From NCBI GenBank assembly GCA_963770815.1, contig CAVYQV010000017.1, forward strand, positions 853-64,852: a DNA stretch of 64,000 nt, read 5' to 3'. The notes beneath the pieces are model-generated. The model had not been told where the DNA came from and ran no database searches. It worked only from the letters and a program-made list of their open reading frames with translations. How positions within the stretch are numbered: the stretch's first letter is position 1; every line of letters starts with the position of its first letter. This stretch comes from an uncultured Actinomycetes bacterium. Its GTDB lineage: Bacteria > Actinomycetota > Thermoleophilia > Gaiellales > Gaiellaceae. The position numbers were made by a program, and so were the translations under genes. Shown here in pieces: positions 10,710-18,985 of the stretch.

Positions 10710-12421
10710 ACCGCGGCCCCCTTGCCACGTTTAGGTGCTGCGCCGTAGCCACGTGCTCCGTAGCCGTACCCGTAGTAACCGGACGTGGTGTCCCCGCCGG
10801 AGCCGCAGAGGACGAAGCCAAGACCCTCGACGGGCATGCGCGCGAGGATCGAGGCGAGCTCGCCCGTGACCCTTCGCCGAGCCCAGTCGGAGCGGACGAC
10901 AACCACCAGCGCATCGGCCAGCCCTGCGATCGTGAGGCCGTCACCGACGGCGTGCAGCGGCGGGACGTCCAGCAGGACGACGTCGACGCGCTCCCGCAGA
11001 GCGGCGATCACACGTCCGACGCCTTCGAGCCCGACGAACTCGCCCGGGTCGGGCGGCAGGATCCCCGTCGGCAGCAGCATCAGCGATCCGCTCGTCGCCC
11101 CGGCACCGTTGGCGCCGTTGCCCGCCGGTCCCGGAGGTGCGAGCCGGTCGGCCGTGTTGCGAGACAGCAACTCGAGCGGAACGTGTACGAGAGCATCGTC
11201 GAGCTCCGCGTAGCCGAGGACGACCGCAGACAAGCCTGGCTGTTCGTCGCCCGTGCGGAAGAACTGGGCAAGCGCGGGGCGCCGGAGGTCGAGGTCGACG
11301 ACCGCGACGCTCTTCCCGGCCAGCGCGGAGGCGACCGCGAGGTTCGCGAGCGTCGTGGACTTCCCTTCCTCCGCCAGTGCGCTCGCGAACATCATCACCT
11401 GTGACGGTTTGCCGACGGTCGCGAACTCGAGATTCATTCGCAGCCGCCGGTATGCGTCGGCGCCCTGGCTCGTCGGGTCGGCGATCATCACCAGCCTGCC
11501 GTCGCGCTGAAGCTGGCGAGTCGGCGCCGGCACGCGGGAGAGCAGCGGCAGTCCCAGCACAGCGCTGACCTGATCCGGAGTGCGAAGACGTGTGTCGAAG
11601 GCGTCGCGCAGGAGGGCGAGCCCGACGCCGAGCACGAGCCCCAGGGCCAGCCCGAGCAGGCCGTACTTCGTCGGCTGTGGCCGAACCTTGGTTGCGCCGG
11701 TTGCTTTGGTGAGGACAGCCGCAGTGGGCGACGATCTCTGCAGGCTGAGCAGGGTCTCGAGCTGACCGAGTTCCGCATCGAGCTGGACGATCTCCGGGTC
11801 CGACCGGGGGACGCCCTGGCTCCGCAAACGAGCTATGCGCCGCTCCAGCCCTCTGATCGATTGAGAGATCGAGTGCGTGCCGAACTGCTGGTCGTAGATC
11901 GTGAACTGGCGGGCGTACTCGTTCGCGATTCGTTCGGCGAGCGTCGGGGAGCCGCTCGACGACGTGAACTGAAGCACGTTCGTGTCGCCGATCTCGGCGA
12001 CGCTCGTGGATCCGGCGACGGTGACGGGGTTCACGCGCAGCGCTGCTGCGACGCGGTTGGTCAGGACTGGTTGTTCGGCGATCTGGAGCTGTGTGTCGAT
12101 CGTGCCGGCCGGGTTGATGGGAGCGGAAGGGCTTCCGTTGATCCCGCTCACACCCGAAGGGAGAGTCTGCTGCTGAAGCAGCACGTTCGCCGACGACTGG
12201 TAGAGGGGCGACTGCCTCAGCGAGAGCGCGACGGCCGCGAGCGGCACGATCACGACGCAGAGCAGGACGATCCACTTCCTGCGTCGCAGGATGTGCAGGT
12301 ACTCCCTGAGCCCCAGGTCGTGAGCGCCCGTTTGAACTCCCCCTTTCCAGTTTGGCGCAGCTCCCCTTTGGCGCCACGGTCTGACTGCGGCTGCGAGGCC
12401 GTCCCCCGATCCTAGAGACAT
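10706..12421 (-). CDS. polysaccharide co-polymerase fused to BY-type tyrosine autokinase (Wzc-like)
   Basis: N-terminal Wzz-like domain with a TM segment ('LRRRKWIVLLCVVIVPLAAV'). Walker A' region 'ASALAEEGKSTTLANLA', 'VVDLDLRRP', and a C-terminal Tyr cluster 'SGYYGYGYGARGYG'. Confidence 0.8.
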   Translation of the reverse strand: MSLGSGDGLAAAVRPWRQRGAAPNWKGGVQTGAHDLGLREYLHILRRRKWIVLLCVVIVPLAAVALSLRQSPLYQSSANVLLQQQTLPSGVSGINGSPSAPINPAGTIDTQLQIAEQPVLTNRVAAALRVNPVTVAGSTSVAEIGDTNVLQFTSSSGSPTLAERIANEYARQFTIYDQQFGTHSISQSIRGLERRIARLRSQGVPRSDPEIVQLDAELGQLETLLSLQRSSPTAAVLTKATGATKVRPQPTKYGLLGLALGLVLGVGLALLRDAFDTRLRTPDQVSAVLGLPLLSRVPAPTRQLQRDGRLVMIADPTSQGADAYRRLRMNLEFATVGKPSQVMMFASALAEEGKSTTLANLAVASALAGKSVAVVDLDLRRPALAQFFRTGDEQPGLSAVVLGYAELDDALVHVPLELLSRNTADRLAPPGPAGNGANGAGATSGSLMLLPTGILPPDPGEFVGLEGVGRVIAALRERVDVVLLDVPPLHAVGDGLTIAGLADALVVVVRSDWARRRVTGELASILARMPVEGLGFVLCGSGGDTTSGYYGYGYGARGYGAAPKRGKGAAV

Positions 12422-12517
12422 ACCACCGAACGCGAAGACTTAATCGCGATCAGGTACGGCGGTCCGACCTGGACCGACCCCAGTTAGTCACCAGGACGGA
12501 CCGAACCGACTCGGGGT

Positions 12518-13006
12518 CTAGCCGCCGACCTGGCGGAGACCGTGCCGGTCGACGGTCGCGCTGTACGTGCCCGCCGGAAGTTGAAGCGGCTTGCCGCCGA
12601 CCCGGGCCGAGAGGTTGCCGGCGGCGCCGAAGCGCGCCCACAGCAGCGCCGCGCGGAAGCGTTTGCTCGATCCTGCGGCGAGCGTCCCGTCGTAGAGAAC
12701 AGGGCCGTTCGCCGAGCCGGAGCGAACCTCCAGCCAGGTGTCTGCCTTCGCTGTGAGCAGGAGCGAAACGGCGCCGCCGGCAGGTGCCGTGTTCGTCTCG
12801 CGCGTGACGACCGTCCTCGTAGTGGCTGTGGTTGCAGCCGGACGTGTTCGAGAGGTGGTTAGTGGGTGGGTGGAGACGGAGGTCGGGGCAGGCGGTGACG
12901 TATCAGCGTGGCTGTTGTGCCAGAAGTGGGCGACGAGGAAGCCGAGGGCAGCGATCGCCGCTAGGCCGAGCGCGAACAGAACTCGCTCGATGCGGGTTTC
13001 GGGCAT
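12518..13006 (-). CDS. membrane-anchored DUF4115 (RodZ C-terminal-like) protein
   Basis: N-terminal TM segment, a Thr/Pro-rich linker, then 'LLLTAKADTWLEVRSGSANGPVLYDGTLAAGSSKRF', typical of DUF4115. There is no HTH domain. Confidence 0.6.
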   Translation of the reverse strand: MPETRIERVLFALGLAAIAALGFLVAHFWHNSHADTSPPAPTSVSTHPLTTSRTRPAATTATTRTVVTRETNTAPAGGAVSLLLTAKADTWLEVRSGSANGPVLYDGTLAAGSSKRFRAALLWARFGAAGNLSARVGGKPLQLPAGTYSATVDRHGLRQVGG

Positions 13007-13040
13007 CCGCCCAGGCTAGACGCGCTGTCTGGTGCGGCGG

Positions 13041-13716
13041 CTAGGGGAGCCGAAGATCGGGAAGCAGTTCCGCGCTCTCGCGTCTGGCAGGTGCTTTGCC
13101 GAGGGGACCCTCGAGTTCTTCTAGAGCCAGCCGGGTGATCTCGACGAAGTCGCGCTGCGTCTCGGCCATCTCGACGCGCAGCCGCTCGGCGTCCGCTTCG
13201 AGGCGGGCAAGCTCGCGCTGGGCGTCGGCGAGCGCCGCTTTGGCTTGGGCTTGCGCCGACGCGTTTTCCTTCTCGAACGCGGTTCTGACCTCGGCGAGTT
13301 CGCTCTCGAACTGCTCTTTGGCGGCGACCGTCTCCCGCTCGCGCTGTTCCGCGGTCGCCGCCACCTGCTCCAGCAACGCCGCCGCCTGCGCCTCGGCCTC
13401 GGCCGGTGATTGCGGAGGCGGACTTCTCGGCCTCGGCGGTCGTCACGGCAGCCGTCTCCCGCGCTTCCGCGAGGATCTCCTCGCCGGCGCGCGTCGCTGC
13501 GAGCAGTGCCTTGCCGATCACCTCTTCGTCTCTCGTGGCGTGCAGCGCTTCCAGCTCGTCGCGCAGCGCTCGCTGCTCCCGCAGTGCGTTCACGAGTGCG
13601 TCGGCGGCCTCGTCGAGCAACTTGCGGGCTTGCTCGGGATCGACGCCGTTGACTGCAGCGGGTAGCTGCACGGACCTGAGCGTCTGCACCAGCTTCTCCG
13701 GGTCCTGCCCGGTCAC
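13041..13716 (-). pseudogene. DivIVA-like coiled-coil protein, one frameshift
   Basis: The GTG at 13716 overlaps the upstream divIVA stop (GTGA). The coiled-coil text '...LRDELEALHATRDEEVIGKALLAATRAGEEILAEARETAAVTTAEAEKSASAI' (frame of 12961..14274) continues as 'AEAEAQAAALLEQVAATAEQRERE...' in ORF 13041..13376. One extra G/C near 13405 ('acc-g-gcc gag'). Confidence 0.5.
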
Positions 13717-14255
13717 GGCTGGGTACCGACCTGCACCCTGGTTTCCTCCGGCGTGCTGCCGCTTTCCGCTTCGCCGCTGTGCAGCGCCACGATCGTCTCG
13801 AGCCGCTCGCGCAGCCGCTCGGCGACCTTCTCCCGGAGCTTCTCGAGTCTGGCGAGCTCGGCCCGGCTGTGCTCGGTGCGCCGGGCGGCATCCTTCTCCA
13901 GGCGGCCCGCGCGTCGCGCCGCCTTCTTCAGAATCAGCTCGGATTCCCGGCGGGCGGATTCCCGCGCCTCGCGCGCCGACCGTTGAGCGGCGGCGAGGAG
14001 GCTGAGTGCGAGCTCGTCGGGCTCCTTCCGGCGGATTGCGCTCTCTTCGAGGGACGCGACCTGGGCCGAGAGGTCCTCGAAGCGCGCGGTCAGCTCCTCC
14101 ACCGTCCGCGCAAGCTGCTGGCCCTCCGCCAGGGCTTCGCGGTAACTCCACGCCGCGCGCTGCAGCAGGTCGGCCACGGCGTCTTCTTGGAGGTGTCCGA
14201 GCCGCGTCCGGGGCAGGGTCGAGATGTCGAGATCCTCGGGCCGAAGGTTTGCCAT
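13713..14255 (-). CDS. DivIVA domain protein
   Basis: ATG at 14255. 'MANLRPEDLDISTLPRTRLGHLQEDAVADLLQRAAWSYREALAE' matches the DivIVA N-terminal domain and is followed by coiled coil. Confidence 0.7.
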   Translation of the reverse strand: MANLRPEDLDISTLPRTRLGHLQEDAVADLLQRAAWSYREALAEGQQLARTVEELTARFEDLSAQVASLEESAIRRKEPDELALSLLAAAQRSAREARESARRESELILKKAARRAGRLEKDAARRTEHSRAELARLEKLREKVAERLRERLETIVALHSGEAESGSTPEETRVQVGTQP

Positions 14256-14389
14256 CGAGACGAGAATACGCCACGCGCGTTCAAGAGGGAACCTCGACAG
14301 CGAGCTCTGGTCGTCTCGTCGAGGGTGAAGATCGCAGCCAGTAGCGGCGAGGTCACGGAACGAGATCACGGCGGAAACGCCCGTCGAGT

Positions 14390-14672
14390 TCGTCGGCGAT
14401 CTCGCGGCGAAGGCGGCTTCGTCGCGCTTCGGCCCTCTCGTCGCGTACGCGAGCCGTTCGCGCAGTCCGCGCATCGTGTTCTTCTCGGCGTTGTACTGGC
14501 CGAGAAACTCGTCGACGAGTTCACCGAGTGTCGGCGGGTTCCGGCGTCTGAGCGCGGCCATCTCGCCGCGCCTGAGCGCCGCCACCTCGGTCAGCTTCGA
14601 GTCGAGCAAGTCGTGTGCATCGCTCTTCCTCTCGAAGCCGGACTGTCCGCGCTGTTGGCCGTCCTCGTCGCG
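14390..14672 (-). pseudogene. tyrosine recombinase (phage-type integrase) N-terminal fragment
   Basis: 'RDEDGQQRGQSGFERKSDAHDLL...RRRNPPTLGELVDEFLGQYNAEKNTMRGLRERLAYA' resembles the N-terminal SAM-like/arm region of integrases. No catalytic domain follows. The frame runs without a stop into divIVA. Confidence 0.45.
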
Positions 14673-14771
14673 TTAGCGGGCTTGCCAGTTGCCGGGGCCG
14701 GGCTTCACTACGGCGCCGCGAAGCCCGAGCAGCTCGGCGAGCTCGCGCGCCGTCAGGAGCCGCTCGCTCAC
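14673..14771 (-). pseudogene. excisionase-type helix-turn-helix fragment (32 codons)
   Basis: GTG at 14771. 'VSERLLTARELAELLGLRGAVV...' resembles the N-terminus of Xis/AlpA-type HTH proteins but stops after 32 aa. It lies directly upstream of the integrase fragment. Confidence 0.35.
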
Positions 14772-14800
14772 GCCACAGCCCCGCTGTAGGCTCGCCTCGG

Positions 14801-15091
14801 ATGGAAGCGGGCGGACTCGATCGGGTGCAGGTCGACATCGCGGGCGAGATCGTCGTGATCTCGGGGGACGATCGCGACGTCCTGCTCGCGGAGCTCGCCT
14901 TCGCCGAGGGGACGAAGTCGATTCGCGAGCGCTTCGAGGCGGTCGGAGCGAGCCGGCCGGTCGAGCTCGACGCCGAGCAGCGGACGCGACTCCGAACCGC
15001 GCTCGACGACTGGGGCGAGGACCGGTTGCAGCCGAAAGGGATCGCCCGCCTGCACGCCGCGCTCGCGCGCGCCGACGCCGAGCCCGCGTAG
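14801..15091 (+). CDS. hypothetical protein (96 aa)
   Basis: ATG at 14801 inside ORF 14615..15091. Non-repetitive composition ('MEAGGLDRVQVDIAGEIVVISGDDRDVLLAELAFAEG...'). No family recognised. Confidence 0.4.
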   Translation: MEAGGLDRVQVDIAGEIVVISGDDRDVLLAELAFAEGTKSIRERFEAVGASRPVELDAEQRTRLRTALDDWGEDRLQPKGIARLHAALARADAEPA

Positions 15092-15706
15092 CCGCTCGCT
15101 CACCCGTCCACTTCGACGCGCCGCCCGCGCAAGCGCCGGAAGGCTCCGACCGGCGGCGTGCGGACCGCGGCCTCCTCGAGGTGAGCCTCCCGCAGGTCCT
15201 CGATGTGGCGCAGGCCCCGAGCGGTCAGCTGCGAGTCCTCCCGGACCCGCTCTAGCCACCCGCCGAGGCCTGGGCTGCCCAGAGTCGCGGCAGTTGATGG
15301 GTGGACTTGGGCTGAGTCCTGCATGTCACCGGCAGGTACACCCGCGGCTGGTCAGGCGACGTCGCTACTCGGAGTCGGAGTCGCTTCGGGTGCCCAAGAC
15401 AGTCATGTGACCGACCAGCGTGGCGACTACGAACGCGATCACGAACCAGCTCAGGAGTAGGCCAGCCACTATCAATTCCCAGCTCACGGTCTCATGGTCG
15501 GTCGCAGTCATTGATGGCCGCTGGACCCGAGTGGGTCATTAGGGGCACTGTTAGGCCCGCATTGCCGTCCGGCCCCGGAAACGGAGGAGCAATGTTCAGG
15601 TACCGGCTTCACAGGGCCGAGGGCGACGACTCCGTCGACTGGATCACAGCAGGACAGCAGACCTAGATGCCTGTTATCCGCTCGTGGACCGTCGCGATCC
15701 GTGCTT

Positions 15707-15925
15707 TTACCGCGGCACCAGGTCCGTGCGAATGCGCTCCTGCTGCTGGGTGTTGAGGAAACCGCCACGGCCGAAATAGTCGGCGTCGTGATCGGCGCAG
15801 ACCTCGTAACGGCGGACCTTGCCCTTTCTTCTCGCGTCGTCGGCGTCCATGTGCGAAGGGCCAACCTCGTGCACGACGGTGGCAGGCCTCCGGCAGCGAA
15901 CAACACAGCAGCGGCTCACGCCCAT
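15707..15925 (-). CDS. hypothetical small Cys-containing protein (72 aa)
   Basis: Internal ATG of ORF 15707..16069. 'MGVSRCCVVRCRRPATVVHEV...YEVCADHDADYFGRGGF'. No family recognised. Confidence 0.25.
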   Translation of the reverse strand: MGVSRCCVVRCRRPATVVHEVGPSHMDADDARRKGKVRRYEVCADHDADYFGRGGFLNTQQQERIRTDLVPR

Positions 15926-16337
15926 CCGGTGAAGCCGCCCTTTCCCGTTCGCGCCGCCAGCGTGGCGGTTCCAGAGGGGCCGGCGCGACCAGCACCCGCG
16001 CAAGCGCGATCCAGGCCCAGTTGACCAAAGGTGCGCCGCGGCGCGGCCGCGCCGATCATCCCTGACCAAGCGCCGAGCGTGAAGAGGATGAACCCCCGGA
16101 GTCGACGCATCCAGCTCAAGCGTACAAACCGGAGGGCTTGTTACTTCAGGTAGTTCGCAGTCGGGTCTGCGGGCGCTACCAGGCGTAGGCGCGCGGCTCG
16201 AACCGCTCGTCGCCGCGGACCTGGGCCGCTACGTGTCATCTGTGCCCGTGGTGTGCGTGCACCGGTGCGTGCACGAAGGCGACATTTCCCCAATATGCAG
16301 GGGTGTTCAAACCCAGGCGGGCCCATCGTGGGAATAA

Positions 16338-16369
16338 GGACGGGAGCCGCCTCGAGGCGGCTCCCGTCC
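16338..16369 (-). terminator. intrinsic-terminator-like hairpin downstream of 16381..17304
   Basis: Perfect 14-bp stem GGACGGGAGCCGCC / GGCGGCTCCCGTCC with loop TCGA. On the minus strand it is followed by TTATTCCC. Confidence 0.6.
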
Positions 16370-16380
16370 GTAGTCGGTTG

Positions 16381-17304
16381 TTAGGGACCGGTCAGGCTCG
16401 CGCATTCTCCGGTTGCCTTGCCGAACGTGATGCTCGGGAAGCCCGCGGAGTCGCCGACCTGGGCGGCCGGGTTGTTGCCACTGCAGGCGAAGTTGCCCTG
16501 CACGACATTCGTATCGACCTCGTTGCCGTCGGGGTCGGCCGTGCTGTTGTTCTGGTACTTGACCCAGCCGCCAACGGTCGTGCGGAAGAAGCCGAGCCAG
16601 CACGTCTGCATGTCGTTGACGGTGGCGTTACCGCTCACCGAGACGTCCTCGAACGTCGCGTAGGCGGGAGATCCGAAAAGTGCCGCCTGCGGGTTGCAGT
16701 TGTAGCCGCCTCCGCCCTGGTGGACTCTCAGGTTTCCACCGATGTGGGCGTCGTGCACGATCACGGCGAGCGCGTTGGTGGCATAGAGGTTCCCGTAGAT
16801 CGTGCTCTTGCTCGAGAACGTTCCCACAGCCTGATCTGGATCGTTGATGCACGTGAACGCCTCAGGCTCGCAGCCGAGGACGAGCACTGAGTTCTTCTCC
16901 GCCCAGAGACTGCCGCCGATCGCGAGTTGCGGACCGTCGCCGAAGGCGGCGATCAAGCCGGCGTTCGGCGCAACATAGACGGAGTGCCACACCTTCACGG
17001 GCCCCTGGTCGACGGTGCAGAAGCCGGTGATCGTCAGCGATCCGTACGTACCCGGGGCGATCGACCCTCCCGCGCACGTGGCCGCCTTGGCGCTCCTGTG
17101 GATAATGCCCTTCATCTCACCTCGCTTCAGCGTGGCAGGCGAGAACAGGGCAGCGGCAGAGCACTCGTGCGAGCACAGGACCTTCGAACCCGCGCGCGCG
17201 AAGGGCCCTGCTCCGGACGCCGCGGGAATGGCCACTGCCACGGCCGCGACCACGGCGAGCAGGCCGAGCAGCCGCCACCGGCCGAGATGGTGTATAGAAC
17301 TCAC
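16381..17304 (-). CDS. secreted Cys-rich protein, possibly beta-helical
   Basis: GTG at 17304 is preceded by AGGGGA. Signal peptide 'LGRWRLLGLLAVVAAVAVAIPAASG'. Gly/Asn/Val-rich segments recur and there are many Cys residues. GC is lower than in the neighbours. Confidence 0.6.
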   Translation of the reverse strand: MSSIHHLGRWRLLGLLAVVAAVAVAIPAASGAGPFARAGSKVLCSHECSAAALFSPATLKRGEMKGIIHRSAKAATCAGGSIAPGTYGSLTITGFCTVDQGPVKVWHSVYVAPNAGLIAAFGDGPQLAIGGSLWAEKNSVLVLGCEPEAFTCINDPDQAVGTFSSKSTIYGNLYATNALAVIVHDAHIGGNLRVHQGGGGYNCNPQAALFGSPAYATFEDVSVSGNATVNDMQTCWLGFFRTTVGGWVKYQNNSTADPDGNEVDTNVVQGNFACSGNNPAAQVGDSAGFPSITFGKATGECASLTGP

Positions 17305-17467
17305 TTGTTCCCCTTTCACTGGTGTCCCCCTGATGGATTCCAGGATCTTCCCGCTGCGTAGCGCCGGAATCAAGGCCTGCTTCGATTGTCGGGCGCTTGG
17401 ACTGACCTGCAGGATCCACTGAGGGTGAGAGGGTTCGACCGGCGCGTCGGGTAACGATTCCCGCAGA

Positions 17468-17932
17468 ATGGCCGCCACGATGAAGGTGTTCCAGCACGAG
17501 ACGCGTCTCCGCACCGCCGGCGGCCTCACCGTCACCGACATCACGGAGGATGTGCAGAACGCCGTCCGGGAGAGTGGCGTCGGCGAGGGGATCGCCTGCA
17601 TCTACTCGCCGCACACGACCTGCTGCGTGCGGGTGAACGAGCTGGAGACGGGCTTCCTCGAGGACTTCTGCGACCTGCTCCGCCGGCTCGTGCCGCACGA
17701 CTCGTACTACGCGCACGACGACTGGGACCGGCGCACCGAGAACATCTGCCCCGAGGACATGGATCAGGGCAACGGCCACTCCCACTGCATGGCGATGCTG
17801 CTCGGCACTGCCGGCGAATCCGTGCCGGTGCGTGACGGCGAGCTGCAGCTCGGGACGTGGCAGCGCGTCCTGTTCATCGAGCTCGACCGCGAGCGCGACC
17901 GGCGCTGGCTCGTCCAGGTCGTCGGCGCCTAG
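17468..17932 (+). CDS. YjbQ/UPF0047 family (secondary thiamine-phosphate synthase-like) protein
   Basis: 'TDITEDVQNAV...GIACIYSPHTTCCVRVNE...GHSHCMAMLLG...LQLGTWQRVLFIELD' is typical of UPF0047. Confidence 0.85.
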   Translation: MAATMKVFQHETRLRTAGGLTVTDITEDVQNAVRESGVGEGIACIYSPHTTCCVRVNELETGFLEDFCDLLRRLVPHDSYYAHDDWDRRTENICPEDMDQGNGHSHCMAMLLGTAGESVPVRDGELQLGTWQRVLFIELDRERDRRWLVQVVGA

Positions 17933-18287
17933 CTAACCGCCCAAAACCGGCCGCGTTGATCCGGTTCGCGGCGGCCTGCGCGACGCTCACGACGTCGGCG
18001 CTCTTGATCGAGCCCTGCTTGCCCAGCAAGATGAGCTCGGCGAGCCGGCCGCCGGCGAGGAACACCTGGCCTCCGCTGAAGGACGAGCCCTTGGTGACGC
18101 TGTCCTGCGCTCCGTCGCCGACGGCGCCTAGGTCGAGCGCGGTCGTCCTGTGCACGGCCAGCAGGGACGCGTTCCGAAGTCTGCGAAGGAGCTCGCCTCG
18201 TTCGCCACCCGGAACCACTCGATCTCTGGTCGAGCGCGTCGACCGGCCGCGAGCACCGCACCGAGCAGAACTCTCTTCACCGAGCTC

Positions 18288-18947
18288 CTAGTGGCCGTTG
18301 ATCGAGAAGTGCATGTAGTCCTTCGTCGAGCCGATCCACGAACCTCCCCAGCCCCAGCCGATCGACGCGAAGGCCCGGCGCACTGCCGGCGTCACCATCC
18401 CGGGCCGGTGCCGAGACCGCTTCATGTACGAGCGCGCGGTCTTGTCGCGCGTCATTCCGCACCCGACATACGGGTTCTCGCGCGGGTCGAGGTCGACCGC
18501 CTCGCCGAAGGCATGCATCGACCAGTTGTGCGTGGTCGACGAGCTGCTGCACGGCGACGCCGCGGCATCGCGGCACTCGAAGGACGCCGTCACGTCTCCG
18601 CTCCGGTCGGGATGCGGGCCGTAGGTGGAGGCGAAGGCGCCGTCGCGGATCGGGAACCGCTGGCTGTAGAGCCTCGCGAAGACCGTGGCGAGCGGGGACG
18701 CGACCTTCTGGTTCACGACGATCTGGCCGATGTGCGTCTGCCGGTCGAAGCCGTAGTAGCGGTAGCTGAGCACGCGCAGCTGCGACATCCAGACGGGACA
18801 GCCGTGGTGCCACTCGCCGGCCGCCTTGATCGACTGCCGCTGGGCGGGCGTGAGCCGGGCGACGCCGGTGCCGCCGGAAGCCGCGTGCGTCGTCGCGGCG
18901 GTGACCGAGACGACGGCTGCGAGGACGATGATCGCGACGCCCTTCAT
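18288..18947 (-). CDS. secreted M15-family (VanY/D-Ala-D-Ala carboxypeptidase-like) metallopeptidase
   Basis: Signal peptide 'MKGVAIIVLAAVVSVTAA'. 'HNWSMHAFGEAVDLDP' H-x-D zinc motif and a C-terminal '...DYMHFS'. Confidence 0.8.
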   Translation of the reverse strand: MKGVAIIVLAAVVSVTAATTHAASGGTGVARLTPAQRQSIKAAGEWHHGCPVWMSQLRVLSYRYYGFDRQTHIGQIVVNQKVASPLATVFARLYSQRFPIRDGAFASTYGPHPDRSGDVTASFECRDAAASPCSSSSTTHNWSMHAFGEAVDLDPRENPYVGCGMTRDKTARSYMKRSRHRPGMVTPAVRRAFASIGWGWGGSWIGSTKDYMHFSINGH

Positions 18948-18985
18948 CCACGGCCATGGTGCCTACGTTCGGCGCCGGCCGCAGC

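Noticed and set aside
14256-14300. A decayed att copy (gagggaacctcgac versus gcgggaatcgaac) between the integrase remnant and divIVA.
   Set aside because: Only about 11 of 18 positions match, which is within chance for this base composition.
17935-18281. A small gene between the M15 peptidase and yjbQ.
   Set aside because: Coding-looking text appears in two minus-strand frames: 'VKRVLLGAVLAAG...' and '...LDLGAVGDGAQDSVTKGSSFSGGQVFLAGGRLAELILLGKQGSIKSADVVSVAQAAANRINAAGFG'. There is no recognisable family, no consistent start/stop pair, and stops in the other two frames at 17929-17937. It could be another frame-broken gene, but I cannot support a call.
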